Positions 24,608 through 36,679 of a stretch of 64,000 nucleotides of DNA are shown here, piece by piece. Under the pieces are notes generated by a model. That model was given only the letters and a program-made list of their open reading frames with translations. It made no database searches and was not told the DNA's origin. Origin of the DNA: Amoebophrya sp. A120 (taxonomy: Eukaryota; Protista; Dinoflagellata); contig CAJINV010000013.1 in assembly GCA_905178155.1 (NCBI GenBank), positions 2,972,158 to 3,036,157 on the forward strand. Reading direction: 5' to 3'. Numbering within the stretch: position 1 is the first letter of the stretch; each line of letters starts with the position of its first letter. The translations under genes and the position numbers were made by a program.

Positions 24608-25683
24608 GAACCGCTTCAACTACGTGGCTCAGGCTGACGCAGGGAAGTCGTGTAGATATAGGAGTACGAGAGTGGGAAATTATATTTTTTGCTACGAAAA
24701 AGTAAGACTAAGAGCAAGGTGAAGAAGTTTGATTTACGCACGAGAAGAAGCACCGTTTTCGTTTTCGCACTTTTCAAAGTCTCGCTTTCTGCAGAAGAAA
24801 GAGGGCTTTTTTGGAAGGAGAAAGGGCGGAAACGTCAATGAAGGAATTCGCTGACTTGGATGGTGTAGAATTGGAAGCAAATAGAAGTAAGTATTATCGC
24901 TGACGCAAGAAGAAAAACTCCTATCTCAGCGGGTCATAGAGCGCAGCGTGGAGATTGTGGGAACGATTTTAGTTTCTTGAACGGAATAATGGTTCTATTC
25001 TGTAAGATAGAAAGTCAATCTTTACTCTTTTTCTTCCACCGACGTTCGGTGTTTGCCGCCAACTGGGATTTCGTTGGTCGGCGAGTGTTTTGTCATCACC
25101 AGCAGGCGCCAGTCCTGGTCCGAGGTTTCGTATCATGTATCCACGATCCAATAAAAGCACGGCTCTCGATCAAATACGAATTCTTGAAAAGAATCGGTAT
25201 AGGAGGTATGTAGGGGCGGGAGGTCATGTGAGCGGAAATGGACACTATTTGAAGAGTTGAAATACTCGTCCACAACCACGACAGCTCCTGCACCAGATGC
25301 TCGCACTCCTCATTTCCCTTTGGCAGCAGAAGATTAGAGTGGATAGATCTTCTTGGCGTTTCCTTGCACCGGCGATCGTCGGTTGATTACAACTGAGCTC
25401 CATTCCAGGACCACATTGATTTTTTTCCCACCAATAAGAAGGAACAAGCTGTTTCTGCCCCCACATTAAAGAAAGATGCATTTATTTCGTCTACTGTCCA
25501 TCTCCTTCTCTGGAGACAACGCACAACAATCATCGTAAGATCCCACCAGAAGTGGACTACCAATCCAAAACACCTCTCCAAGTTGATCTTTTTCACAAGA
25601 TTTTGCTTTCCACAAATATTGACTTCCCGGATCGAGGATAAGCACCTCTGTTTGTTTCAGCCAAAAACAATTCCGGACCAAGT

Positions 25684-27549
25684 ATGACAGCTGCAGTAAC
25701 AAGAATTTCCCCCCCCTCGTCCCGCACCAGCTGCCCGAGAAAAGTTTTATCAACCTACGCCACCCGAGCCCAGCGACAGTTCCTGAGCAGTACAGCATTA
25801 AATCAGGCAAGCGCAAGGCGTCCGTCGCTCGCCTGGAACTTTTGCTACAGGAGAGAGGTGGGGGCTCCTGCATCACCACAGCGTGGAAATAACGGAGTTG
25901 ACCTCCAAGAACCTCCGTATCTCCTCGTCCGACTGCACCACGATCCGGATTTTCTTTCAGCCTCTTGGTTCTCGTCTTGGCACGACGGCGCAAATTCTGC
26001 AGTAGAAGGACCTGCAACGGCGTCGTCGAACGACCTGGCGTCGTCATCGACCTCAGTTCCCCAGTGGCGCGCCGGCCAGTTGGACCAAATTCTAGAATTC
26101 TCCCGGTCAAATAAAAAAACTGCTACCCACAATTTTTACCTCGTGACTTCTGCCAACGAGGCGCTGCTCGGCACCGCGTTTCCCTATTTCCCCCGTGGCG
26201 GGTTCCGAAACAAGGCGGGGCAGCAGGAATGGCCCAAGGACTGGCAGAAATCCTCGCACTGGTGCGGCATGGAGAGCGGTAACGGCATGGTGTATCCCGA
26301 GCAAGCGGTGGACGGGTTAGTCCACCGGACGTTTGGTTCGGCTGGTCTGGAAAAAGAACTGGAACGAGCTCGCGAGTTTTTGACCGTGGAACGGGAGCGG
26401 ATTGAGTCGGATTTGGAGTTGGAGAGGGAAAAGGAGCAGGAAAAAAAGGACAGGGAACAAGAAGCGGGCATTTCCTCTGGTATAACAAGCTCCGGTGTGC
26501 GAACTTCAGCTGCCGATGTTGATCCCAGTTCGCAAAGTAGAAGCACCTTCATCAAGGCGACAACCTTGTACCTCAACGCGGTCACGAGAATGATGAGCTT
26601 TTTGCTAAGTGCCAGCAACTTGACGGTGCCAGCAGAGAGAAATCGGGGGAAAAGTGGGGGAAAACCAGGCGGAAGCACCAGGGTAAATGGCAAGAACACG
26701 GCTGCCGGCCTGGAGAGCGAAGCAGCGCAGTTTCGCCTCTGTCCACCGGGAAACTTCGTCGTCACGGACATGGGAAGGCACGAAATGACAGAACAAGTTG
26801 GTGAAAGCCAAACTCCTACTTCCCCATTTTCCAAACTCGTGCACGCTGTCGCGCCGTACTATGATGGAAAGAGAGCGAGCCACGACAGCGCGCACAAACT
26901 TTCGGAACCGAAGATTAATGATAATGGAGCCGCAGCTTCCTGGGAAACGACGTTGAAACTTTGCTACTCGAACATGATCCGGAAAATCCTCTTTAGAGAC
27001 GTGTTTTTCGAGTTGCCCAGATCAAGTACTGAGAATTTTCGACCTGAAATGCAGCAGTCCAGCCTTTCCGACCAGGCGCTCGAACTCTCCATAGATCGAT
27101 GGAACGATAAGCACTTGCTGAATAAAGGCAAAGCAGGAGCGCAGAACACAGCTTCTGCTGAAAATATCAAAGTTAGACCCCTCATCGCACTGTTCACGCC
27201 ATTACTCGGAACGGGTGTGAAGGCCGTTCCTGTGAAGGAGGGCGCACGCTTAGCGGCAGAAGCGATCGCGGAGTTCCAACCACCCAAGTACGTTTTCACG
27301 GCGATATGTGACGAAAGTGGTACCGTCGACGGGAGCACTTCAGAATCGGGATCCACAAGAAGCACGGAGACTTTACTTCTGCGAGAGTTGAATTTTGTCA
27401 CCAATGACGCGGAAAAATTTGACGTCTGCGCAAGCGCGTTTCGAGAAGTGTTTCAGGAAAAAGAAAAAAACTTTCTTGAAGATAATAATGATGGCGCTGC
27501 TACTTTTGCGACAGAAACAAAAATTTCGATTGTTGAAGGAAAAGCGTAA
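25684..27549 (+). CDS. Macro domain protein (MacroD-like ADP-ribose binding/hydrolase) with large insertions
   Basis: LVTSANEALLG, AVDGLVHR, CPPGNFVVT, LVHAVAPYY, LKLCY, TPLLGTGV..VP..EGA match the order of macro-domain motifs. Confidence 0.75.
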   Translation: MTAAVTRISPPSSRTSCPRKVLSTYATRAQRQFLSSTALNQASARRPSLAWNFCYRREVGAPASPQRGNNGVDLQEPPYLLVRLHHDPDFLSASWFSSWHDGANSAVEGPATASSNDLASSSTSVPQWRAGQLDQILEFSRSNKKTATHNFYLVTSANEALLGTAFPYFPRGGFRNKAGQQEWPKDWQKSSHWCGMESGNGMVYPEQAVDGLVHRTFGSAGLEKELERAREFLTVERERIESDLELEREKEQEKKDREQEAGISSGITSSGVRTSAADVDPSSQSRSTFIKATTLYLNAVTRMMSFLLSASNLTVPAERNRGKSGGKPGGSTRVNGKNTAAGLESEAAQFRLCPPGNFVVTDMGRHEMTEQVGESQTPTSPFSKLVHAVAPYYDGKRASHDSAHKLSEPKINDNGAAASWETTLKLCYSNMIRKILFRDVFFELPRSSTENFRPEMQQSSLSDQALELSIDRWNDKHLLNKGKAGAQNTASAENIKVRPLIALFTPLLGTGVKAVPVKEGARLAAEAIAEFQPPKYVFTAICDESGTVDGSTSESGSTRSTETLLLRELNFVTNDAEKFDVCASAFREVFQEKEKNFLEDNNDGAATFATETKISIVEGKA

Positions 27550-27904
27550 TTTTTCTGTGGGAGTCGACGAACTCGTTCGCTGGTATAGGCAAGAAACCAC
27601 GAAGACATTTGTGGAGATTTCTTTGTACAATCTTGGGACCACCGTGTAACGATTTTAGAATTTTTTTTCAATACGAAGCTGAACTTGAACTGGAGCAAGA
27701 GAAACCAAAACACGCGATGTAATCCGTGCAAGAAAGCCTCTGGCGTTTTGCTTTTGTCACTCACAACAAAGCGACGTGTTTGACTTGATTGTAGGCGCGC
27801 CTTTGTTCTTTAGGAGAAAAACAACATTATTGCGCTTCCGAGCAAACACTTCCAGATTTTCTGATGAAGTTTCCCATTGAAATAACAGAAACATCAGATT
27901 GTAA

Positions 27905-28264
27905 ATGACGGAGCGCTCCGAGGAAGCCGCGCTGCTCGTCGCTTTCTCGCAGATGTCGACGCGTGACGAGAGTTGCAAAGCCGCGAGCTATACCGACGGC
28001 GCAATACAAACTGTCCGCCCACAAGTACTTTCCCTCTGTCGTCGGTGCAAGAAGGAGTTCGTTGTGGCGCAGAACAGCGATTCTGCGTGCGTGTTCCACT
28101 CGGAAAGCTACACGCAGGAGACGGCGCAGCGCTGGCTGGAGCCGGGGACGACGGAGAACGGGTCGCGCACCGAAAGTTTCTGGACCTGCTGTGGAAAAAA
28201 GGACATTGATGCGGAGGGGTGCTGCAGGAAGAGGCACATCTCCTACGACGATCCGGATGATTGA
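27905..28264 (+). CDS. Small Cys/His-rich putative zinc-binding protein
   Basis: CxxC..N....CxFH...WTCC......GC...H pattern (CHORD/Btk-motif-like). Confidence 0.65.
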   Translation: MTERSEEAALLVAFSQMSTRDESCKAASYTDGAIQTVRPQVLSLCRRCKKEFVVAQNSDSACVFHSESYTQETAQRWLEPGTTENGSRTESFWTCCGKKDIDAEGCCRKRHISYDDPDD

Positions 28265-29522
28265 AATGGGTGCGGAATGAGGAAGAGTAGACGAAAAAAA
28301 AAAATTGCTGCAGCGCGATTGTTTTTGTGCGAATCATGACAGTTGGATGGATACTAAAATCAATCAAAAAACGCTACTCGTTGTTGAACAGAAGGATGAA
28401 CTCGAAGCAGGACCCAAGGCATTGTCCAGTACCTACTGGTTGGCATGGAAAAATTCCGAAGTGAAGCCATCTTTTGGATATGAAGTACGATATTCAGATG
28501 AACTCGCTGCGCCTGCCGACGTTGGGGCGGGCCTAACCTTGCTCGCCGAGGCTAGGATCAGCAATACTATGACCTGCATCAACATGATCAATTCTCTGGA
28601 AGCAGTTATCGTGGAGGTTGCAACCGTCAAGGATCTGACAGATCTTGATATTCGAAAGTGAACGCGGCATATCAATTTATCGAGCAACGAGTTTGCTCCT
28701 GGTCTTTTTTTAGCTTTTGCTTGATCTCTGAATCAATAGCGGGTTGTAGTACTACTCACACATCACTCGATTTACAACAGCCTGCCTATGTATTGCTCGT
28801 TGATCCGTCAGTTTGGTCCTCGTCCTTCTACTTGAAGTAATAGTATCTACAGGCTAGTACTTTCACGGTATCTATTCTCCAGTCAGAGGATCGCCATTAG
28901 CATATATCTGCCAGGAGATCTTTCTTCATCGAAATCTAGTTCACTTAGCAAAAAGATCCTCGATCGTCTCCTTATCAAAATCCCGCTTCTTCGCGGAAAC
29001 GTAATTCTTTTCGGATCTGTGAAAACGTGGTCCGCTGCGAGGAATACGCCAATTCCATATTGAAGCGATCCACGATCGTCATCTTTCATGACCGCATGGT
29101 CATTGATCTTGATGCCGATCTTGACGTAGTATGTACGTGGACGTTGCTTTCATCTTCTGTCTTGGAGACCGAATTTCTGACACTCTCTGTTTTTCTTCCG
29201 TGCAGCCAGAAGTAGAAGTAACACTACCTTTTGAGGTGTGTCACAAAGTTCGAAGTTGTAGAGAAACGAAAAGGGACTTTTCGTGTCACTGAAATACGAA
29301 GTTCGTAAGCTGCACTAGCGGTGGTCGCACGGAGACCTATTGACGCAAATACGCAGGAACGCCAGATCACATCAAGGACAACGCTTTTTAACCCTTACGT
29401 GTGACGGAAGTAGAAATTTTCATCATCCACCCCTTCCTTCCTTCAAGGAAAGAGAGCTGTGCAACCCAGCCCTCCAGCAGCCACGACAAAAAACGCGGAC
29501 CAAGAAGAGAACGTCCACGACG

Positions 29523-32232
29523 ATGACAGGTAGGAAGCCGCGTAATATCGCCAGTGCCGCGGCGCTGGCGTTTTGCACTTTTTCCGGGCTGCATCAAGTG
29601 CACACCGTGGTTTCTGCGACGAAACTGCACCTCACTGCGGGCGTCGTGGGCAGTCGGGACCACAGCGGGGCTGGTTCATCTTCCAGTGTCACTGGTCACT
29701 CGTCCCACGTGGTGACGAAACCGCAGAAAAAGTTTCGGTTTCTGGCGGCGAAACCGACCACCTTGTCGATGAAAATGGCTTGCGCCACGACGTTTGCGGT
29801 GGCGATGTTCTGTCCGACCGGAAACTGTGCGCCGCTTGAGACGGTGCCGTTCGTGAACAAGAAGCCGCTTCTGAACCAGTCTCGGTTCATCTCTTCGTAC
29901 ACCGGCGGGCCGCTTATGAGAGTGCACAACTCCCTCTCCCCTTCATTTGTGTTGCATGAACAGCAATACAAACACCTGCAGACGTGGAGCCTGTGCATGA
30001 CAAATTCATGCGCCTAGTGTAGTACTGTTTGGGATTCCGGAATCTGTCATGCAAACAGTGCCAGAGGGAAGCACTTGGATTTGGGGTTTCCTTCGCATGA
30101 CAAATGAGTGGGAGGGGGAGTTGTGCACTCTCATACCGCTGCCAGCCGACAACTGCCCGATGTCTTATCCGTCGAAAGAAGGGGAGGAGAGCCAAATTCT
30201 GGGAATGGTGCAAGACGTATGACTAGTGAAGTCAATCGCTCCTCTTCATAGGTCACCTATTGTGCGCTTTCTATGTTGAGTGTCTAGCTTGCAGGTTGTC
30301 GGTGTGTCGGGGTAGAACGTGTGGTACTCAGTTAAGCAGGATCTTCTACAGGATCCATATGATAACCGAGCAGGTCTAGTACTGACTTCCAGCTCTTCCT
30401 GGCGCAATTTCGAAGTACTTATCATTCTGTGTTGATTTTTTCGCGCAGAAATGCAATTGGAATTGACAAAAACGGAGAAGCACATTGGTAGCTGCTAGGG
30501 GACAGAGCGATAGTATGTTTGCATGTAATAAGACGAGACTGTGACGGAAGCCGGCGCTTTTCAATCCGCGTGGCCAGCAAAGATCCTGAACGGGAAATGG
30601 TACGCGAAATTTGGAATGTAGCAGTCGGGTGGACGACGAGAAACGATGGAGAACTTTGTCATGCCAGATCGGATACTGGTGGTAGTTCCGACAACAATGC
30701 AGTTTATCGTGCAACAGGCAAAGATGAACAAAAAATGTCAGGTACGTTATCGCCGCCGCGGACGCGTTTCAACCGACGGAGGAGTACAAATGCACGCACT
30801 ACGATTACAAATTCGATCCTATGCAAAGTCACCGCGGCGTGTTGATAAAGCCTGTGCAGCGACGTCTTCGTGTTTTTCTACTTTCTTCGCATGACAAGTT
30901 GCGTGTATCGCTTTCCTTCGAAAGGGTCGTGACAACATGTACTTACTAGGGGTACAAACTTCGCGCCACATAATTGTTTGTCTGTGACGCAAAGACGCAA
31001 ACATGATGACAAAGAAAAGGACATCAGCGGCGGTCTTGTGTTGCTTTGCAATATTCCAAAATTCCGGGCTGCCGCGGGCGGTTTGGAACAGCTTCGACGT
31101 GGACAGCAAGCAGTGGCAGAAGATTCCCTTGCAAGGTTTTTTTGTTGCAGCTTTGCTTTTGCTCCTGTATCTGCATGACAGAAGCTCCTGTGTCTAGCTC
31201 TACCTGTGCAGCCGTTCCTGCATATCATCCTATACAAATCACGGCGCTACTTTGTTCTCTCAGGTGAACTGATGAAATCAACCTCCGGTACGTTGATTCC
31301 CGGGGGCTACCGAGAGACTCCGATGCGCATGGGCGAGAAGCAGGACCCGTGGTTCGTGCCCATTGTGCACTTCACGGATGATACGCGAGGGAAAGTTTTT
31401 TTAAAAGATTTGCTAGGCGTACAATCCGCATGACAACGTGCCAAGTTGCATGTTACTTGTCATGCATGCAGCCACAGGTAGGACTAGTCTAGCAGAAAAC
31501 AAAAGTTTCTCATGCATACTAGAAGGGGAGCAGCAGGACATTCTGGTCAAGTGGGGCTGCACGAAACCGCCTCAGGGAAATGTGAACTTTGTGGAGGTAC
31601 TATATTCGTACGGTGGTTTTCCTGTTAGTCTTAGTTTTGCTATGCCGAACAGATGAAAATGGCAAGGAGTGTAGTCCCCGTTCGAAATTGATAAACAACG
31701 GGCACCATTGCGAAAACGAGATGAAGTCCACTTTCTCCACCGAAAAACCTAGGTTCTTTCGCGGAAGCCGAATGTGGATTACACCGAGGTGATCGAGGCG
31801 ATTGCCCACCTGATGCAGGAAGGCCAGGAAATCACGCCAGTGATTGAGAACATGCGGCCGGTCACCCAGGATTGCCCTGACGTGGTGCCGCCGATGGCCG
31901 GGATGGATCTCTGCCGCGGCCCGGATTGCGACGAGAATCGGGCGCGGGGGAGCAGCTCCAAAGAAACGGACCTGGGGAACGAACAGCAGTTGCCGATTGC
32001 TCCTACTGGAACGCATCTCTGCCGGGGGCCGCACTGCGATGAGAATCGGAAGAGCGTGCAGTTACCGATCGAGCCGACCGGGACTCATCTCTGCCGGGGG
32101 CCGCACTGCGATGAGAATGGGAAGAGCGTGCAGTTACCGATCGAGCCGACCGGGACTCATCTCTGCCGGGGGCCACACTGCCACGAAAATGGGGTGGAGG
32201 TGGAGGATGGTGGCAGTATGGTGCATGTCTAA
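29523..32232 (+). CDS. Lipocalin-fold protein with hydrophobic N-terminal leader and C-terminal Cys/His repeats, multi-exon
   Basis: Spliced ILNGKW|YVIAAADAFQPTEEYKCTHYDY (GT-AG intron 30600-30741), ILVKWGC, VLSRKP, PVTQDC follow lipocalin conserved regions; exon boundaries near 30860-31020 uncertain. Confidence 0.6.
29915..30135. mobile_element. Introner/MITE family F, TSD CCGCT
   Basis: 25/26-bp TIR TATGAGAGTGCACAACTCCCYCTCCC; CCGCT on both sides; frame GGPLPADNC. Confidence 0.93.
30218..30530. mobile_element. Aged introner, TSD AGACG
   Basis: TAT...ATA ends, weak IR, AGACG on both sides; frame VQDETVTE leads into the lipocalin GKW motif. Confidence 0.72.
31382..31518. mobile_element. Aged introner, decayed TSD (GATGA/CTAGA)
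   Basis: Degenerate TIR TA.GC..G.GAAA.TTTT...TGCTAG.C; removal of element plus 5 nt gives TDEGEQQD in frame. Confidence 0.6.
31906..32190 (+). repeat. 72-bp coding tandem repeat (24 aa LCRGPHCDENxKSVQLPIEPTGTH)
   Basis: Unit starts at 32017, 32089 and 32161 (last partial), plus a diverged copy near 31909. Confidence 0.92.
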
Positions 32233-33591
32233 AGTAGAAACTAATGCACGAAGTCTACTCAAGTGTACTTCTACTTCATCAAGAGCCGCGCCCTTGTAAA
32301 GCATACGCAAAATAACCTATCTTTTTCCGAAGAAGTGGTGAGCTCCTGTCACTGAAATTGACAGATATCAGGCAGTGGCATGGCTGTCTGATCTTTCTAC
32401 TCACCAGGGCTGCTGCGAGGGTACTACTCGTTGTATGTAATAGTACTGACGACTACGCTTAAACTTAATGAAAGTCATACGGATATACATATACACAAGA
32501 AGAATATGCCACTTTTCCTCCTCTCATCCACTACGCATCAAGTTATGTAAATCAGTCACCACATCTAGCGATAGAGTTGCTCCTCTAGGAATTTATTACG
32601 GTACTCACACTGAAGTCGCAATAACTACTGCGGCTGCAGCGGCGATTGAAAAAAAGAAACACCAGCAGCACGATGAATGAGCCTCGTTGTGACGGTGTGC
32701 AGCAAAGCAAATGACAGCCAGCAAGTGGTTCTCTCCAAAAGAGCTAATGTTACGGAAAACGAAAGGGAAAGCCAAAGCTATCGAATTACTCGTGAATGTT
32801 GTGGTAAATTGCGCCGCGACGCCCCCTCGTCCAAATTTGAAAGTGATCCGTGAAGATTCGGTTACTTTACCACAGAATAAATCAAAAAGAAACATGATCA
32901 GTCATTAAGAAGATCCATGGTCAACTAGATTGCGCGTGAGAACATCAAAAAACGAGATCTACTTCCATGAAAAACACGAAAAAAATGCGCGAAGATCTTG
33001 GAAAGAGTAAAACGAAGCAGCAACTACTAGAGGACTCGACGAGAAAAAATCCAAATCTTCGTCTTGAGTCGGTGCAAATGCAAAATTGTACACGATTTGA
33101 GCACTCAAACGGATTTCTTTTTCATCATGCCCATCGGTCATCACCCATTTTCGGAGAAGTTGACAGTTGAAAGCAACAAACTGACATTTATCCTCACGTT
33201 CGTCGTGCTCCTCCACCTACTGCGCAAAACTTTCTTTTTGGTCTTTATACAAGGCGAATCTCTTCTCTTTCAACAAACTGTATAATTAATTTCTTTATCT
33301 TTATCTGTTAGCTGTCTCTTGAGTTGTTGTACTCTGTCATTTTCAAAGTGACAGTAGCTTCCGTGCAAATCTATCAAGATAAATCGACACTTCAAGAATT
33401 ACAAATAGCGTTGCTCCACTCCGACAACTTGGAGCTTTACTCCGACAACGACCAGCACTTTATTATCGCCCCTTACTTTCTACGTACTTGTCCTTTTCTG
33501 TGGGAATACTAAGCTTGAGTCGTACAAAACGAAACTTTTAGCTTTCGTAGCAAGAAGATCTTTAAGTTCTTTTTCTTTCTACTCAACTACG

Positions 33592-36500
33592 ATGATGTCG
33601 CTCGCCCGCGGTTTTTTGTTCGCACACTCCCTCCTTTTCTGGTCCCTGCTCCCGCGGACGGCCGTAGCAACGATCGGCGCTCGCACGTTACAGCGAGTTC
33701 CGGAAGCGCTGGGCCTCACGGATGCAGGTTGGCACTTGTTGCCTGACGCAGGACGGATTATCGCCGAAAAGCTGGCCACCGATACCCAAACCCGCCTGCA
33801 ACAGTTTGCGGCGAGGGTGAGGAGCGCCGCAGGACATGCTCACCTTGCCGCAGTGGACGAGGCGGTGGATAAGGGGAAATTGCCGACCCAGGCCCTGTCC
33901 ATCTGGGATAAGGAGTACCAAGAAACGAAGAAACAGTACTGCCAAACCAGACATGTGCGCTCGGGCTCGCGGCAGTATTTTACCCAGAAAGATAGCAACA
34001 CACTCCTCGACCCCAACGTGCACAGCTACAAACATTGGATTCCGAACAAAATGAAGCAAGCCTACTTCCTCGACTGGTGGACGTGCTACGTGGCGCGGAA
34101 GCTGCTTTATCCGCTGACGGCAGCACAACTAAAACCTGACTACGGTCACGACCAATTCGCGGAAACAGCCCTCAGGATCGCGAGCAAGTTCCTAGAGACG
34201 GCAAACTTCCCGCCAAATGTTGTTCCCATCGCCACGGCCACTGCTGGTCCTGGTGGAAGCGTGGTCCCGCCAATGCAGAATGGTATCGCTGCCGCGGCCT
34301 CCCACCAGCAACGAAATTCGTTCACAGCTTTGTTCGCCTGCCACACGACCACAGGCGACGAGGAGGTGAGTAGTGCCTCAGAGGGGGAATCCCGAAGGTC
34401 ATCCTCCGATGCAGCTGCTGCTGCACCAAGCGGTCAGCGAAGGAGCTGCAGCACAGGTCGGAGTCGGACGAAGCAAAAGAAACAGAAGCGCCGCGCCGCG
34501 AGCAAACAAGAAAAGGGCTCGGAATTATTCAGAGAGACCTGGCGAGCTTGGACGAAAGAGGGCAAGTTGGCGAGACTCCCGAGTTGTCGTTCTCTGTTTA
34601 CGGGCAAGTCTCCGGACGAGCGAGTCAAGCTGTATCGCGCGCTCTCGGCGGACTGGGTGGAGCGCCGCGCGGACACGCTCCTGGATTATCAACAGGACAT
34701 TTTTGAGGAGTTGTTTGTGGAACCGACCGCGAGGCACGTGGAAAAATTGAAGCAGGCGTTTGAGCAAATTCAAACATTCTCCCGGCTTGAGCGCCTTTCG
34801 GTCGAGGACGCCCGCACGCTGCAACGAATCTTGGCGGAGGAGAGCGCGCTTGCCAGACAGGTAGACGAGGGCGCGAAAATGTACATCCGCGCACGAAACG
34901 AGGGGACGGCGCAAATTGTCGCGGAGCAGAACGCCTTTGCCATGCTTGTCCGTGCCGGCGTGGTGGTCGACAAGACAAGGACTAAATCAGTGCGAATCGA
35001 GGAGGCGTCCCTAGAATACGTAGTGTCTCTGCAGCTCTTCCGGGAGGATACCACCGCCGCGGAGCTGCTGCAGAATTTGAAGACCGTGTTCGCGTACAGC
35101 GTTTACCGAGCCACCAGCTATCATGGCCTCGTCCTGGAAAAGTTTTGGAAGGTTGCGCCGCCGTTCCTGTACACTTTATTGATGTATGATGCCTACAAGA
35201 ACGGATACCCGGAGATGCCTGCGTTTTTAAATACTTGGTCGACGAAACCACCGCTGCAGAAGGTGGTAATGGAATTTCGCCATGCCGCGTTGTGGGTCCT
35301 CGAGGATGGGAGAAAGGCCGCACACGATAAAGTGTCGCTCATCTCCCCCACTTACCGCGCAGAGTGGGACAGAACGGACAGGTACCGGGACGGGATGCGG
35401 CAACGGCAAGCCGAGGTTCGCAAGCTGGTGGATACCGTCGTCGACACCGCAGACCCGCGTAAGGACCCGCGCCTTGCAACTACGTGGAAAGACAACGAAT
35501 TTGCTCGATCGGCAATCGACGTCTTGGTGAAGAGGAAGACAATAATTAAGCCAAAGCCTGTCGATATTAGATCAGATATTGCGAAGGGCGGCAACAGTGC
35601 CGTACTCAAGGAAAGCGACGACATTGTGCGCACCGCCAAGCACCTTCTTCGAACGGTTTACGAAGCCCAGTGGCTGCTATCGAATTTGCAAGTCCGGGCT
35701 GTGGGACTCTCCCTGGAGGAGGCATTGCCCGAAGATAACCGCGAACATCTCCGGGAGGAACTGTTCAGGAACTGGGCGGAAGCAGCAGCCAAGCTCTCGC
35801 AACGCGCTACCTTGCAGGTGCAAAAGGCTGATAGTCGTGGTGTCCCATTGCCCCCGGTCCCGGTGCCAGCCGAAGTTGCTCTGCGAGTGCGGCTGCCCGC
35901 GTCCATGGAGGGAGCTTGCCAGGAACTCCTAGAGCAGGAAACACAAACAGGCGCAGCACCAGCACCTGGGGGCCGCGCAAAAGACGAGGAGGACGAAACT
36001 CGTCAGAAATCCGAATCCGAATCCGCTGAAGAGAAAGCTTTTGACGAAGGGGCTTTGCGCTACGCCCAACTAGCGAAGTCTGAGTGGCCGAAATTTTTGG
36101 ACGAGCTGTGGGAACCCCGGAAAGGAATGATGCAGATCATGGAAAATTTTCGGAAAAAGAAAGGCAGTAAGGACGTTTTTCCGAACGGTGTCCATCCTAC
36201 TTGGGAACGAGTCAACTCTTTATCCATCTTTGCAAATGCGTCTGGTTCGCAAACAAGCTGCTTTTGATCCTGAAAATTCAACTGTGGATGAGTATAGGCC
36301 TTTTCATCCGGTTCCGGTCGTGGACCGAGGCATGACAAATCTTTTAGAGGTTTGCTCATGCGTACTACAGCGAACTTGTACAGCTGCTGTGCGTTACAGA
36401 TTACAATCTGCGTTTGTGCATGGATGTGTGCATGGATGCAACACTCAAAACGAACTGGCACTCTAGAAGTCCTCGGGCATGAGGCAATAGAGATTCTACC

Positions 36501-36679
36501 GCGATTCGAGACGCGCAATATCATCAAGGCTGCACTTGTTTTCCAGACCCAGACGTATTTTTTGCAATGCATGCACTTCGCTTGGTGGCAAGAACAGAAC
36601 CTCGGCTGTGGGGTTCTTGACAAATTTGGATGGGCATGCGCTTGCGGCCGTCAAAAGAGGACATAACTCCCTCCTCTAA
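33592..36679 (+). CDS. Hypothetical protein of about 910 aa with signal-peptide-like N-terminus
   Basis: 891-codon ORF; its end runs into a degenerate family A element, whose removal adds a short last exon ending TAA at 36677-36679. Confidence 0.7.
36221..36573. mobile_element. Degenerate family A introner, TSD CTCTT/CACTT
   Basis: Right TIR TTCCAGACCCAGAC at 36541; decayed left TIR AAATGCGTCTGGTTC; 4/5 flanking repeat. Confidence 0.7.
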
